Positions 1 through 8,613 of a stretch of DNA of 12,842 bases are shown piece by piece. The stretch is from an uncultured archaeon (GTDB lineage: Archaea; Thermoproteota; Bathyarchaeia; Bathyarchaeales; Bathycorpusculaceae): NCBI GenBank assembly GCA_963810275.1, contig CAWENF010000025.1, forward strand, positions 1 through 12,842, in the 5' to 3' direction. Made by a program: the position numbers and the translations under genes. The notes below the pieces were generated by a model that saw only the letters and a program-made list of their open reading frames with translations, was not told the DNA's origin and made no database searches. The number at the start of each line of letters is the position of its first letter. The stretch's first letter is position 1.

Positions 1-390
1 GATGGCGATGTTATTAAAAAAGCAGAATCCACGGCTAAACACTCCTAAAGCTGCACCGTACCTTCCCACGTGGTGCCCTGGTGGACGTGTAAGTGAGAAG
101 CCGCCGATTTTGCTGGCAAGCAATGCTCCTCCGACGCTGAGGGTGGCGTAGTCCCAGATGTTTGGGTAAGCTGGGGTGTCGGGGTCTTCCACCATGCCTT
201 TTTTGACATTCCAAATATAGTCCATGTCGTGAACTGAGAAAACTTCATCCTCTGAGGCTGGAGTGGGCTCCACAAATTGGTAGCCTTTTTGTTTTAAAAC
301 GTCTTGTGCGATTTTAACGCGCTGTGGGCCTTCAATGTGCCATGTTCCATAGCCTAAACATTTTTCTGAATAGACTATTTTCGTATCCAT
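1..390 (-). CDS. Histone deacetylase-family Zn-dependent amidohydrolase (HDAC/AcuC/acetylpolyamine amidohydrolase superfamily); 3' end runs off the window
   Basis: Not in the ORF track. Manual minus-strand translation from ATG 390 (alternative ATG 402) is open to base 1: MDTKIVYSEKCLGYGTWHIEGPQRVKIA...SVHDMDYI...EDPDTPAY...FSLTRPPGHHVGRYG...RGFCFFNNIAI. HxExPxR, DT, RPPGHH and GFCxFNN are HDAC-family signatures. Confidence 0.93.
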   Translation of the reverse strand, partial: MDTKIVYSEKCLGYGTWHIEGPQRVKIAQDVLKQKGYQFVEPTPASEDEVFSVHDMDYIWNVKKGMVEDPDTPAYPNIWDYATLSVGGALLASKIGGFSLTRPPGHHVGRYGAALGVFSRGFCFFNNIAI

Positions 391-430
391 CTCTGTTTGC
401 ATCCAGCAGACACATAAAGGTGCCATCGCA

Positions 431-440
431 TTTAAAATAT
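431..440. promoter_or_regulatory. Candidate TATA box in the divergent HDAC/argS intergenic region
   Basis: TTTAAAATAT lies between the two divergent starts (390/402 and 490). A GGAG at 477-480 precedes the argS ATG. Confidence 0.4.
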
Positions 441-489
441 AACCTATCAAAACAAATAATCCCTGTTCAAGTATCTGGAGCTAAAAGTT

Positions 490-2439
490 ATGAACGCGCA
501 GAACCCTTACGACCTGTTTCGAGCCGAATGCCAAGTTGTTCTAAAAGACGCATTATCTAAAGCCCTACCAAACCATGAGCCCTGCACAGTTACATTGAAA
601 AAGACGCAGAACATCGATTTCGGGCAACTCTCGGCTTCCTTGTGTTTTGAGTTAGCTAAACAGTTGGGGCAGAAAACTCAGGTGCTTGCCCAGCAAGTTG
701 CGGCTGCCGTAGACAAAAGCCGTTTTGAGCTTATTCAGAAAGTTGAACCTGCAGGTGCTGGGTACATCAATTTTTTTGTTGACTTTGGCAAATTTGCTGC
801 TTTAACGTTGGAATCTATCAAAACTTTGGATGACCACTATGGTTTTGTTATGACACAGGAGCCGCAGAAAATTATTGTGGAACACACCAGCGTGAATCCG
901 CTGCATCCTATTCATATTGGGCAGGCGCGCAACCCGATGCTTGGTGACGCTTTGGCGCGTATTCTGCAGTGTAGAGGGCACAGTGTTGAGCGACACTATT
1001 ACATCGATGATGTGGGACGCCAAAGCAGCGTAGTTGCCTACGGGTACGATAAGCTGGGTAGACCAAAACCAACAGAGAAACCTGACTTGTTTGTGGGTAA
1101 AATCTACACTGTCACCAGTTGTCTAGTTGAAATTAACCGCCTCAAACAAGCCAAACAGCGAGCGATTGACGCTAAAAATCCTGATGAACTTGTCAAAGTG
1201 AACGGTGAACTTGATGAGTGGGTTGGTATAGCTTCGGAGCTTCGTGAAAAGTTCCCTGTGCTTTTCGAGGCGTTGGCACAACGCATCGGTGAAGACGAAA
1301 ACCCTGAGGATGAAATCAGTCGTCTCAACCGACATTACGAAGACGGGCAACCCGACGCTAAAGACCTAATACGGGAAGTCAGTGACCTCTGTTTGGATGG
1401 TTTCCGCCAGACCATGCAGCGTGTTGGTGTAACCTACGATTCTTGGGATTGGGAAAGCGATTTCGTATGGACGCCCCAAGTGGATGAGGTTATGCGTAAG
1501 CTGCAGGCGACGCCGTTCATAATTAACGAGAAGGGGGTACAGCAGTTTGACGCTAACAACGCCGCTGTAACGCTTGATTTGAAGGGCAAGTTGGGTTTAA
1601 GCAAGAACAATGAAGTTCCTCCTCTAACATTAGTGCGCGCTGACGGTACTACACTGTACACGACCCGCGACATAGCTTATACGCTGTGGAAGTTCCAGCG
1701 CGCTCAGAAAGTTGTCAACGTCATAGGTATGGAGCAATCGCTTGCGCAGCTACAGCTTAAACTGGCGCTGTACGCTATGGGCTACGATGAAGCTGCCGAG
1801 AACCTTGTGCATTTCGCTTACAATCTCGTCACGTTGCCTGGTTACAAGATGAGCAGCCGCCGTGGGCATTACATAACGTTTGATGAGGTGCTTGATGAGG
1901 CTGTGCAGCGTGCTTATGAAGAGGTTTCTAAGCGTTCCCCAATGCTTACCGAGGACGAGAAACGCAACATTGCCAACTTTGTTGGTTTGGGTGCAGTGCG
2001 TTATGCTTTGGTGGATGTGGATTCTGGTAAAACCGTTATGTTCACTTGGGAGCGTGTTTTGAACTTTGAGACCAATAGCGCCCCATATGTGCAGTACACG
2101 CATGCCCGCGCTTGCAGTATTCTGCGTAAAGCTGATAGGGAACCCGAACACCCTGACTACGCTTTGCTCGCTGAACGCTTAGAAAAAGAGTTAATCCTGA
2201 ACTTAGCCGGCTTCGCCGACATGTTCATAGAAGCAACCGAGTACCTCAAACCCAACAACGTCGCCGACTACGTAAACGCCTTGGCAGACAAATTCAACAC
2301 ATTCTATAACGCTCACCCCGTGCTTAAAGCCGACTCAGAAGGGCTAATCGATGCGCGGCTTGCGTTGACTAAAGCGATTCAGATTGTTATGCGCAACGCC
2401 CTGAATTTGATTGGTGTGACTGCACCGGAAAAAATGTAG
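490..2439 (+). CDS. argS: Arginine--tRNA ligase (class I), archaeal type
   Basis: 649 aa. EHTSVNPLHPIHIGQARN (HIGH-type motif), YYIDDVGRQ, LVRADGTTLYTTRDIAY, KMSSRRG (KMSKS-type) and PYVQYTHARACSILRKA with a C-terminal DALR anticodon domain ending APEKM. Confidence 0.98.
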   Translation: MNAQNPYDLFRAECQVVLKDALSKALPNHEPCTVTLKKTQNIDFGQLSASLCFELAKQLGQKTQVLAQQVAAAVDKSRFELIQKVEPAGAGYINFFVDFGKFAALTLESIKTLDDHYGFVMTQEPQKIIVEHTSVNPLHPIHIGQARNPMLGDALARILQCRGHSVERHYYIDDVGRQSSVVAYGYDKLGRPKPTEKPDLFVGKIYTVTSCLVEINRLKQAKQRAIDAKNPDELVKVNGELDEWVGIASELREKFPVLFEALAQRIGEDENPEDEISRLNRHYEDGQPDAKDLIREVSDLCLDGFRQTMQRVGVTYDSWDWESDFVWTPQVDEVMRKLQATPFIINEKGVQQFDANNAAVTLDLKGKLGLSKNNEVPPLTLVRADGTTLYTTRDIAYTLWKFQRAQKVVNVIGMEQSLAQLQLKLALYAMGYDEAAENLVHFAYNLVTLPGYKMSSRRGHYITFDEVLDEAVQRAYEEVSKRSPMLTEDEKRNIANFVGLGAVRYALVDVDSGKTVMFTWERVLNFETNSAPYVQYTHARACSILRKADREPEHPDYALLAERLEKELILNLAGFADMFIEATEYLKPNNVADYVNALADKFNTFYNAHPVLKADSEGLIDARLALTKAIQIVMRNALNLIGVTAPEKM

Positions 2440-2460
2440 TTTTTCAATTTTTTGTTTTTT
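2440..2460 (+). terminator. Oligo-T archaeal-type intrinsic terminator after argS
   Basis: TTTTTCAATTTTTTGTTTTTT directly follows the argS stop. Confidence 0.55.
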
Positions 2461-2723
2461 GAGATAGAAGATGATGGCGTATCGCTCTATACACATCATC
2501 TACCTATCAGGTTTGGCGACGTTTGCTGTCTTGTTGTTGGGTTGTGGGTTTGGTTGTTGTTTGGTTGTGCTGAGTATTTTACAAGCAGAATAGCAATCTC
2601 TGTATGCTCTTTATTTTGTTTGTTTTCTTTATGTGGGTGTGGCGGTGGAGGACCGTATTCGCTGCAGGCACGTTATGCTTTTAAACACTAAACATAAAAG
2701 CCACACAACTAAAACGAACAATT

Positions 2724-3705
2724 ATGTCGAAGCTGCCATTAGCCATCTGCATAATAGTCTTATGCTGCCTTCTGGCAGTGCCTCTACTGGCGCTTCCGAT
2801 ACCTAATGCACCCGATAACCCGCAAGCCGACCCCAAAACCCTATACAGGCAACTCCGCAAGCCACCAGTAAATCGACTCAGCAAGATAACCCTGAACAGA
2901 CGCCCCAGAACGAACCCGTAAGCGCCAAACAATAAACCAACCCCTACCCAGCCCTCTCCTTCACCTACAAACGCTCCACAAGAACTGAATCACACTCTTT
3001 CAGAAGCTGTAGGAAACGCAACCAACTTTTTTGCAGATACTAAAGAACCCCATGCTCTGTTAATGCTTGACGTCATAAACAGGCGCTTCGGAATAAGTGA
3101 CTTCAACGCTTCTTTGATAGTGTTTGACGACCAGCTTGCAACCAAAGCCAACTTCCCTTAAGCACCAATGCTTCGAGTGCTCCGCAGAATGGAGATTACT
3201 CAAACACGGTTTTGCTATCAAGGCTTTTGATTCTGTAAGTTCTGACATCCACCGAGTAACCGTTCCTGCTCTATATTCCGACCGTTTAGCTCTGCCGGCT
3301 GATTATAATTCAAAATTCCATAACGCTGTTGATAGCGGAGGCTATTTGTTAACACATGCGTTACTGGCGACCGTTTGGTTTACAGACAATCACTATAATA
3401 TGTCGCTATCCGACGATTACATGCAAGCCCTCTACCATGCAAATGCTGCAATAATCGCCAATGATACTGTACCGATCTAAAACTGAAAGCAGCAGCGTTT
3501 CTCTGTCTGGCAGGGCAAAGTGCACTGGTTAATGATTCTTTTATCCAACGAGTCATTGCTGTACAGAACCCTGATGGCGGATGGTCTTCTTCCAGCGATG
3601 CTGGGGACAGCTCTTTATTGGCATTCTTCAGTTCTGGGGCTTATGATTCTGTTGCATGTACAATACCTCGCCGAATCGTACCCACTAGTACTGCCCTCTG
3701 CATGA
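2724..3705 (+). pseudogene. Disrupted gene for a secreted or membrane-anchored protein: signal peptide, P/T/Q-rich linker, helical domain with a QxxDGGW (prenyltransferase/squalene-cyclase-repeat-like) motif
   Basis: Pieces join across frames: MSKLPLAICIIVLCCLLAVPLLALP (2724, frame 3), stop 2919-2921; PTPTQPSPSPTNAPQELNHTLSEAVGNATNFF...EPHALLMLDVINRRFG (frame 3), stop 3159-3161; APMLRVLRRM; then frame 1 ...HRVTVPALYSDRL...GGYLLTHALLATVW..., stop 3478-3480; frame 3 TDLKLKAAAFLCLAGQSALVNDSFIQRVIAVQNPDGGW (motif 3564-3584); frame 1 YWHSSVLGLMILLH...* at 3705. At least five disruptions. Confidence 0.72.
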
Positions 3706-3817
3706 GTGTTCAATTGGTAATTAAGCGACCTGAGCATTGCAAAAGATGTTTGCTAATTATCTGAATAACAAATTTCAAATATGACCTCTCGAACATAAAA
3801 CGCAGGTGCAATTAACA

Positions 3818-4885
3818 TTGAGTAACGATTATTTTAGCAAAAAGCTTGAAGCTATCAAAGTCACCAAGCAAAAACCAATTTCACAGTTACTAAAAGAAAT
3901 GAGCAAAACTGCCTACCAAGGACGCAAACTAGGCGAAGCCGTTAATGTCTGGGAGAACATGATTAAAGAAAAAGACACTGTCATCGCCATGGGCTTCGCA
4001 GGTTCCATGTCAACCGCGGGTCAGTGGACCATCGTTAACTGGCTTATGGAAAACCGTTTCATTGACGTGCTTATCTCCACAGGCGCAAACGTGTCTGAGG
4101 ACATTGTGGACGCAATGGGTTTGGGCTACTATCAAGGCAGCCACATGGTCGACGACAGCCAACTCTTAAACGACGATGTTAACCGCTACTACGACGTGTA
4201 CGGCAAAGAAACCGACTACCGCGAAATGGAAGACCTCGTCACCGAATACGTGATGAGCTGCAGCCAAGAATACCAGTACACATCTGCAGAGTTCCTCCAC
4301 GGACTCGGCAAATTCTTAGGCAAACGCAACGTTCCAGCTATCACTGCGGTTGCAGCAGCTAACAACGTGCCAATTTTCAGCCCAGCTATGGTTGACAGCG
4401 CATACGGCGAAACTTTCCTGCTCGCAAAGAACAAGGGCCATAACGTCCACATCGACAGCGTCAAAGAATTTGATCAATTCGTCCAAATTGGAACCAAAAC
4501 CAAAGATGTTGGCGTCGTCTACATCGGCGGAGGCGTCCCTAAAGACCTAACCCAACTTATCGCCATATCCGTAAGTCCAATGACCGAGGACAAAGGTGTC
4601 TACGGTAGACAAGGTGGACTCCGCAAATCACTCCAAGAATACTACTACCCACACAAATACGCCATCCAAATAACAACAGACTCTCCACAATGGGGCGGCT
4701 TATCGGGCTGCACGTTGGAAGAGGCGATTAGCTGGGGCAAAATCAACAGTCAAACTGGGACCAGGGCTGTGTGCTACTGCGATGCAACAATTGCATTGCC
4801 ACTCATCTGCCATGCGTTGGCAGAGCGCGTTCCAGAGAAGCGGAAAGGTCCAGATATGAGCTGGATATTCAAAGACGTGAAATAA
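3818..4885 (+). CDS. Deoxyhypusine synthase-like protein, divergent type (SpeY/homospermidine-synthase-like)
   Basis: Motifs STGANVSED, VNRYYDVY, PIFSPAMVDS, IGGGVPKD, YAIQITTDSPQWGGLSGCTLEEAISWGK (catalytic Lys retained). The ORF track starts at GTG 3806; TTG 3818 is preferred because AGGTG (3804-3808) lies 9 nt upstream. Confidence 0.92.
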   Translation: MSNDYFSKKLEAIKVTKQKPISQLLKEMSKTAYQGRKLGEAVNVWENMIKEKDTVIAMGFAGSMSTAGQWTIVNWLMENRFIDVLISTGANVSEDIVDAMGLGYYQGSHMVDDSQLLNDDVNRYYDVYGKETDYREMEDLVTEYVMSCSQEYQYTSAEFLHGLGKFLGKRNVPAITAVAAANNVPIFSPAMVDSAYGETFLLAKNKGHNVHIDSVKEFDQFVQIGTKTKDVGVVYIGGGVPKDLTQLIAISVSPMTEDKGVYGRQGGLRKSLQEYYYPHKYAIQITTDSPQWGGLSGCTLEEAISWGKINSQTGTRAVCYCDATIALPLICHALAERVPEKRKGPDMSWIFKDVK

Positions 4886-4890
4886 ACGTC

Positions 4891-4905
4891 AATTTTTTCT
4901 TTTTT
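4891..4905 (+). terminator. Oligo-T terminator after the DHS-like gene
   Basis: AATTTTTTCTTTTTT just after the stop at 4885; the same CAATTTTTT core follows argS. Confidence 0.5.
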
Positions 4906-4993
4906 CAATTATGCTTATTTAATGCACCAATTATTCAATATCAAAATCCAATTGTTTTCGAATATCTACTAATCAAATGAGTTTCTTGAGCGA

Positions 4994-6358
4994 CTATAAA
5001 TCGAATTGTGTACTTGATAAAACGTCAGCTATAATCAGAAGGCTGCCTAACTGCATTTGAACCAATTTCTGAAGAGGAATTGGCTTGAATTTTCCTCGTT
5101 TATCAATCTTCTTGGCAAGGGCCTCTATTTTTTGGTCGATTCTTTTAATAATATATCCAGTTTTATCGTCCTTTATATTGCGATGAATATTTTCTGTCAC
5201 ACGCCAGACTTGACCTATCAGTAGCAAATCACCAATATCAGCCATCAAGTCGTTTTCGAAAACCTCGTAGTTAGTGGCGTTGGGATTTTTTTCCTCATCT
5301 ATATTTGAGTTAGCATTTTCTAATTCTAATTTGGCGTTCGCTACATTTTTGAGCACTGAACCCAAAAGCACAGGATCAGAAAGGCTAAAAAAAGGTTCCA
5401 ATGTATCTAACAAGTTTATACAATATTCAATAGTATTTTCTGTTTTTTTTCTTCTATTTTGAAGTAGACTTTTTAGCTTGCGATTAGAAAGTTTCGAGTC
5501 TGTTTTAATTGATGAACTAAAAAGCGGGACTTCACAATTGAAGCTAAAACCTTCAACTGCAGTTTGGTACCATTCGTCGCTGCTGGCACCTCGTCTCATA
5601 GTTAAGAGATTATCCGGTTCGTGCTTAGTATAGTAATCAATGTAATCTTTTAAACCATACATTTGATAGAAACCAGGCTCCAAACTTTTTCCGAAAGGAA
5701 CATCCGGACTGGAAGTGGAAAGAGCCAACCCCAAATTGTGGGCTAGCTTCTTCAATAGCGGATAAGCTTTAGGGAGAGACTTGCTAAAGTAGAAGTATGT
5801 ATCATAATAACCGCAATGATGCAGACTGTACAAGAGATCGGGTTTTTCCTCTTTAATAACCTCTTTTATAGCACTTGATTCAGGTCTGGACTGTATCCAC
5901 GTATAGTCTTTATATTCAAAAGGAAATGTCCATTCATACTGGTTTTCAGTTGGCTCTCGGAAATAGGATTTTGCGGTATCAACAAGCGAGGAAATATTAC
6001 TGAACCATTCTTCATTCATCCGCATTCCACGTTGCTCAAGTACAGGAATTATTAACCATGTCCAGCCAAAGAAATTCGCTTCTGAATGCCTTGCCATCCA
6101 ATCGATAAAATAAGTAGTTACCAAGCTGCCTAAAGGTTCATCACTGTGAGGTACCCCTATTATCAGTCCAGTCTTTCCTCCGGTGCCCATAGTGAACATT
6201 TTGAGAGGCTTGTTTTCAGCTGTCTTACCAATTATTCTTTGTTTAACTGATGAATATTGCTTTAGACTCTCCTCAAGATCCTCAATCTCTTTCACCTTCA
6301 AGAATCTACTGTAATTTGGGACTTCTTCTAATATTTTAGCGAAAAGTTTGTTATTCAA
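4994..6358 (-). CDS. M14-family zinc carboxypeptidase/deacylase-like protein with a helical C-terminal extension
   Basis: IGKTAENKPL, GVPHSDEPLGS (HxxE zinc ligands), RPES...PDLLYSLHH (third ligand His) and FNCEVP (catalytic Glu). The TTG start overlaps the upstream stop (TTGA, 6355-6358). Confidence 0.85.
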   Translation of the reverse strand: MNNKLFAKILEEVPNYSRFLKVKEIEDLEESLKQYSSVKQRIIGKTAENKPLKMFTMGTGGKTGLIIGVPHSDEPLGSLVTTYFIDWMARHSEANFFGWTWLIIPVLEQRGMRMNEEWFSNISSLVDTAKSYFREPTENQYEWTFPFEYKDYTWIQSRPESSAIKEVIKEEKPDLLYSLHHCGYYDTYFYFSKSLPKAYPLLKKLAHNLGLALSTSSPDVPFGKSLEPGFYQMYGLKDYIDYYTKHEPDNLLTMRRGASSDEWYQTAVEGFSFNCEVPLFSSSIKTDSKLSNRKLKSLLQNRRKKTENTIEYCINLLDTLEPFFSLSDPVLLGSVLKNVANAKLELENANSNIDEEKNPNATNYEVFENDLMADIGDLLLIGQVWRVTENIHRNIKDDKTGYIIKRIDQKIEALAKKIDKRGKFKPIPLQKLVQMQLGSLLIIADVLSSTQFDL

Positions 6359-7422
6359 AGTTGGACATCGACGCCTAATCCTGGTTTTTCTGAAGGAATA
6401 ACGAAGCCTTTTTCATATCTTGCACCACCAATAGCGACATCGTTAACAAAGTCTAAGGCTGAATCTAGATCTGCATATTGTACATTTCTAAAAGCGCAAG
6501 CAAAGTGGACGCCAGCTGACATAGCAGCCATTGATTCGTTCATGCACCCTACCATAATAGGAACGCCGGCTAGTTCCGCAAGTACATTAGCTTTAATGGC
6601 GTTAGTTAGCCCCCCAATTTTCATCAACTTGATGTTAATCATATCTGCAATTTCATGTTTCAAGAGCTTCACGCTGTCTCTTAAAGTCAGAGCGGTCTCA
6701 TCAGCCATTATGGGAACGGGGCTTTGGTGTGTAACTTCTTTCAAAGAATAAAGGTGACTTGCCTTAGTTGGCTGTTCCAACATCTCTACATCGGCACCTT
6801 TTTCCTCAATAGCTTTTATCATTCTGAGCGCTTCTTCAACTGAGTAGCCCTCATTGGCGTCAAGTCTCAACTTTATTGTTGAACCAACCGCTTCTCGGAT
6901 GGCAAGTATAGTCTCTATGTCTTTCTCTACGTTAATTCCACATTTTATTTTAATTATTTTAAAACCATCCGAGATTATTTGTTTAGCCTTCTCTATCATC
7001 AAGTCTGTGGGATTCAATCCTATTGTTACAGATGTTTCTATTTTTTCTCTATATCCGCCTAGCAGTCTGAATAAAGGCATCTCCGCCATTTTTCCGATAA
7101 TGTCGTACATAGCCATATTTACGCTTGCTTTCAGAGACGGGTTGCCTTGAAGATCATTTTCCAACTCGTAATTCACAAGATTAATTCTTGTTGGGTCACA
7201 ACCGATAACATGTCTTTTTGCAACTTCAAAACTCTTTAGTACTGTTTCTTTTGTCTCAGAGGTCACCATATCCGGGGTTGAACAGCCCCAGCCCACTATA
7301 CCCGTTTCGGTCTCGAACCGTACGAATATATTATCTGCTACCTCAATTGTTTCGTTAGCAATAGCAAATGGTTCCTTTAACTTCAACGCAACTGGTATTG
7401 CTTTTGCCCGAATTATCTTCAT
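6355..7422 (-). CDS. Dipeptide epimerase / N-acyl-amino-acid racemase (enolase superfamily, L-Ala-D/L-Glu epimerase-like, DgcA-like)
   Basis: KIK catalytic motif, metal ligands DANEG / EQP / ADE, NIKLMKIGG second Lys, GCMNES and the DLD motif of dipeptide epimerases. GGAG ribosome-binding site upstream. Confidence 0.92.
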   Translation of the reverse strand: MKIIRAKAIPVALKLKEPFAIANETIEVADNIFVRFETETGIVGWGCSTPDMVTSETKETVLKSFEVAKRHVIGCDPTRINLVNYELENDLQGNPSLKASVNMAMYDIIGKMAEMPLFRLLGGYREKIETSVTIGLNPTDLMIEKAKQIISDGFKIIKIKCGINVEKDIETILAIREAVGSTIKLRLDANEGYSVEEALRMIKAIEEKGADVEMLEQPTKASHLYSLKEVTHQSPVPIMADETALTLRDSVKLLKHEIADMINIKLMKIGGLTNAIKANVLAELAGVPIMVGCMNESMAAMSAGVHFACAFRNVQYADLDSALDFVNDVAIGGARYEKGFVIPSEKPGLGVDVQL

Positions 7423-7470
7423 TTTAATTATAACTCCAATTCATATTGGCTGTCAACTCAAAAGTTAGTA

Positions 7471-8613
7471 TCATGCTTTTCTTCCCGTTAATATAACGAC
7501 ATAACGATCGCCTGGAAAGGGCTCCTTTTTATGTATATCCAGAAGGGCTATTAGTCCAGCAGTTGAAGCGGGCAGCACACTTAAACCTTCTTGCTCTCTA
7601 ATCAAACGGGCATAGTATTGCATGCTCTTATCTGTTGCGAAAGCCGCCCATCCACGCGTGTGCCTTATAGTCGATAGAGCAATATCGCCGTCTATTGATC
7701 GCCAATTAACTAACGGCTCATTGACCGATGTATTTCTGATTCTTTCAGGCTTTAAGTCGGCACAATAAGACGTATTTTTAACAAAAGCTTGAACTATTGG
7801 ATTCATGCCCAAGGAAGACCCAGCAACAAAGCGTGGAATACGTGAGGTCTTTCCGCGATTGTACAGACTTACGAAGCCCCTATGGATACCAGCTAAAGTA
7901 GATCCATTCGAAACTGGAATAGCTACTACGGCCGGAGCGTCGCGAAGTTCATCGTAAATTTCGTAAGCTATTTCGCCATACGCTTTCAATTGAATATTAG
8001 TGTTAGCGCCGCCTGGGTTGGCGTCATAGTAACCTTTTTTTCCTGCATCTTGGCGAGAAGCATATACGGCGTCTTCATAACTTCCCGGGACTCTAATAAT
8101 TTCAGCGCCAAAGTCAGCCATCTCTTTAATTCTACGTGTGTGATAAGTCTGAGGGATGTAAATTAAGCAGTGGAGTCCAGAAAGAGAAGCTGCGAGTGAT
8201 ACAGCGGCACCATAATTGCCGCATGATGCTACTGTAATTTCGCTAAAGCCTCTTCGAAGTGCATCCAAAGCTTGGGCAAATGCGATTCGGTCTTTTTGCG
8301 TGCCCGTGGGGTTTCCGCCCTCAAACTTCAAATATATCTGTCTGAGCCCAATTTCTCTCTCAATATTCTTGCCCCTAGTGAGATTGGTATCACCAACTTC
8401 TGAGTCAAGAATTATCTCAAAACTCTCTAATCGCTCCTCAATCGGAAGACTTTTATTGGATGCTATTTTGCTCAGGTGAGATAGTTCAGGTGTAATTACA
8501 GGTATCTGAGCACTGGCTCCATCTGTAAGGGAAAACGAACAGTTCATGACTGACTGTTCAATAGGTGTTTTATTAAGACCTTGACTTTGAATACCTTTGT
8601 CTCTTTCTTCCAT
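7471..8613 (-). CDS. PLP-dependent fold-type II enzyme, threonine synthase-like (copy 1)
   Basis: LKFEGGNPTGTQKDR (PLP lysine), ASCGNYG, YDANPG, IPVSNGST, EGLSVLPASTAG, VVILTG. ATG 8613 overlaps the DHS stop (TGATG); the ORF track uses TTG 8616. Confidence 0.88.
   Translation of the reverse strand: MEERDKGIQSQGLNKTPIEQSVMNCSFSLTDGASAQIPVITPELSHLSKIASNKSLPIEERLESFEIILDSEVGDTNLTRGKNIEREIGLRQIYLKFEGGNPTGTQKDRIAFAQALDALRRGFSEITVASCGNYGAAVSLAASLSGLHCLIYIPQTYHTRRIKEMADFGAEIIRVPGSYEDAVYASRQDAGKKGYYDANPGGANTNIQLKAYGEIAYEIYDELRDAPAVVAIPVSNGSTLAGIHRGFVSLYNRGKTSRIPRFVAGSSLGMNPIVQAFVKNTSYCADLKPERIRNTSVNEPLVNWRSIDGDIALSTIRHTRGWAAFATDKSMQYYARLIREQEGLSVLPASTAGLIALLDIHKKEPFPGDRYVVILTGRKA

Noticed and set aside
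45-560. ORF-track entries 45..275 (-) and 324..560 (+)
   Set aside because: They are an alternative-frame and an antisense shadow of the HDAC-family gene (1..390) and the argS start; no motifs.
802-2151. Short ORFs inside argS on either strand
   Set aside because: Fully nested in a well-supported gene, with no recognisable domains.
2452-2691. 79-aa hydrophobic, Cys-rich ORF
   Set aside because: It starts with TTG inside the argS T-tract and its composition follows from the G/T-rich low-complexity DNA; no other support.
2681-3248. Minus-strand ORFs 2681..2932 and 3060..3248
   Set aside because: Antisense to the plus-strand pseudogene, which has coherent signal-peptide, linker and domain structure.
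2919-3480. Programmed recoding (stop readthrough or frameshifting) of the fragmented gene
   Set aside because: The internal stops are TAA rather than TAG/TGA, and there are too many independent lesions; decay is simpler.
4886-4993. Recurring CAATT words as a repeat array or attachment site
   Set aside because: Irregular spacing, very short, expected in AT-rich DNA, and no matching direct repeat near 8620-8680.
7471-8613. Assigning the symbol thrC
   Set aside because: Motifs deviate from canonical ThrC, the gene is duplicated, and no threonine-pathway genes are nearby.
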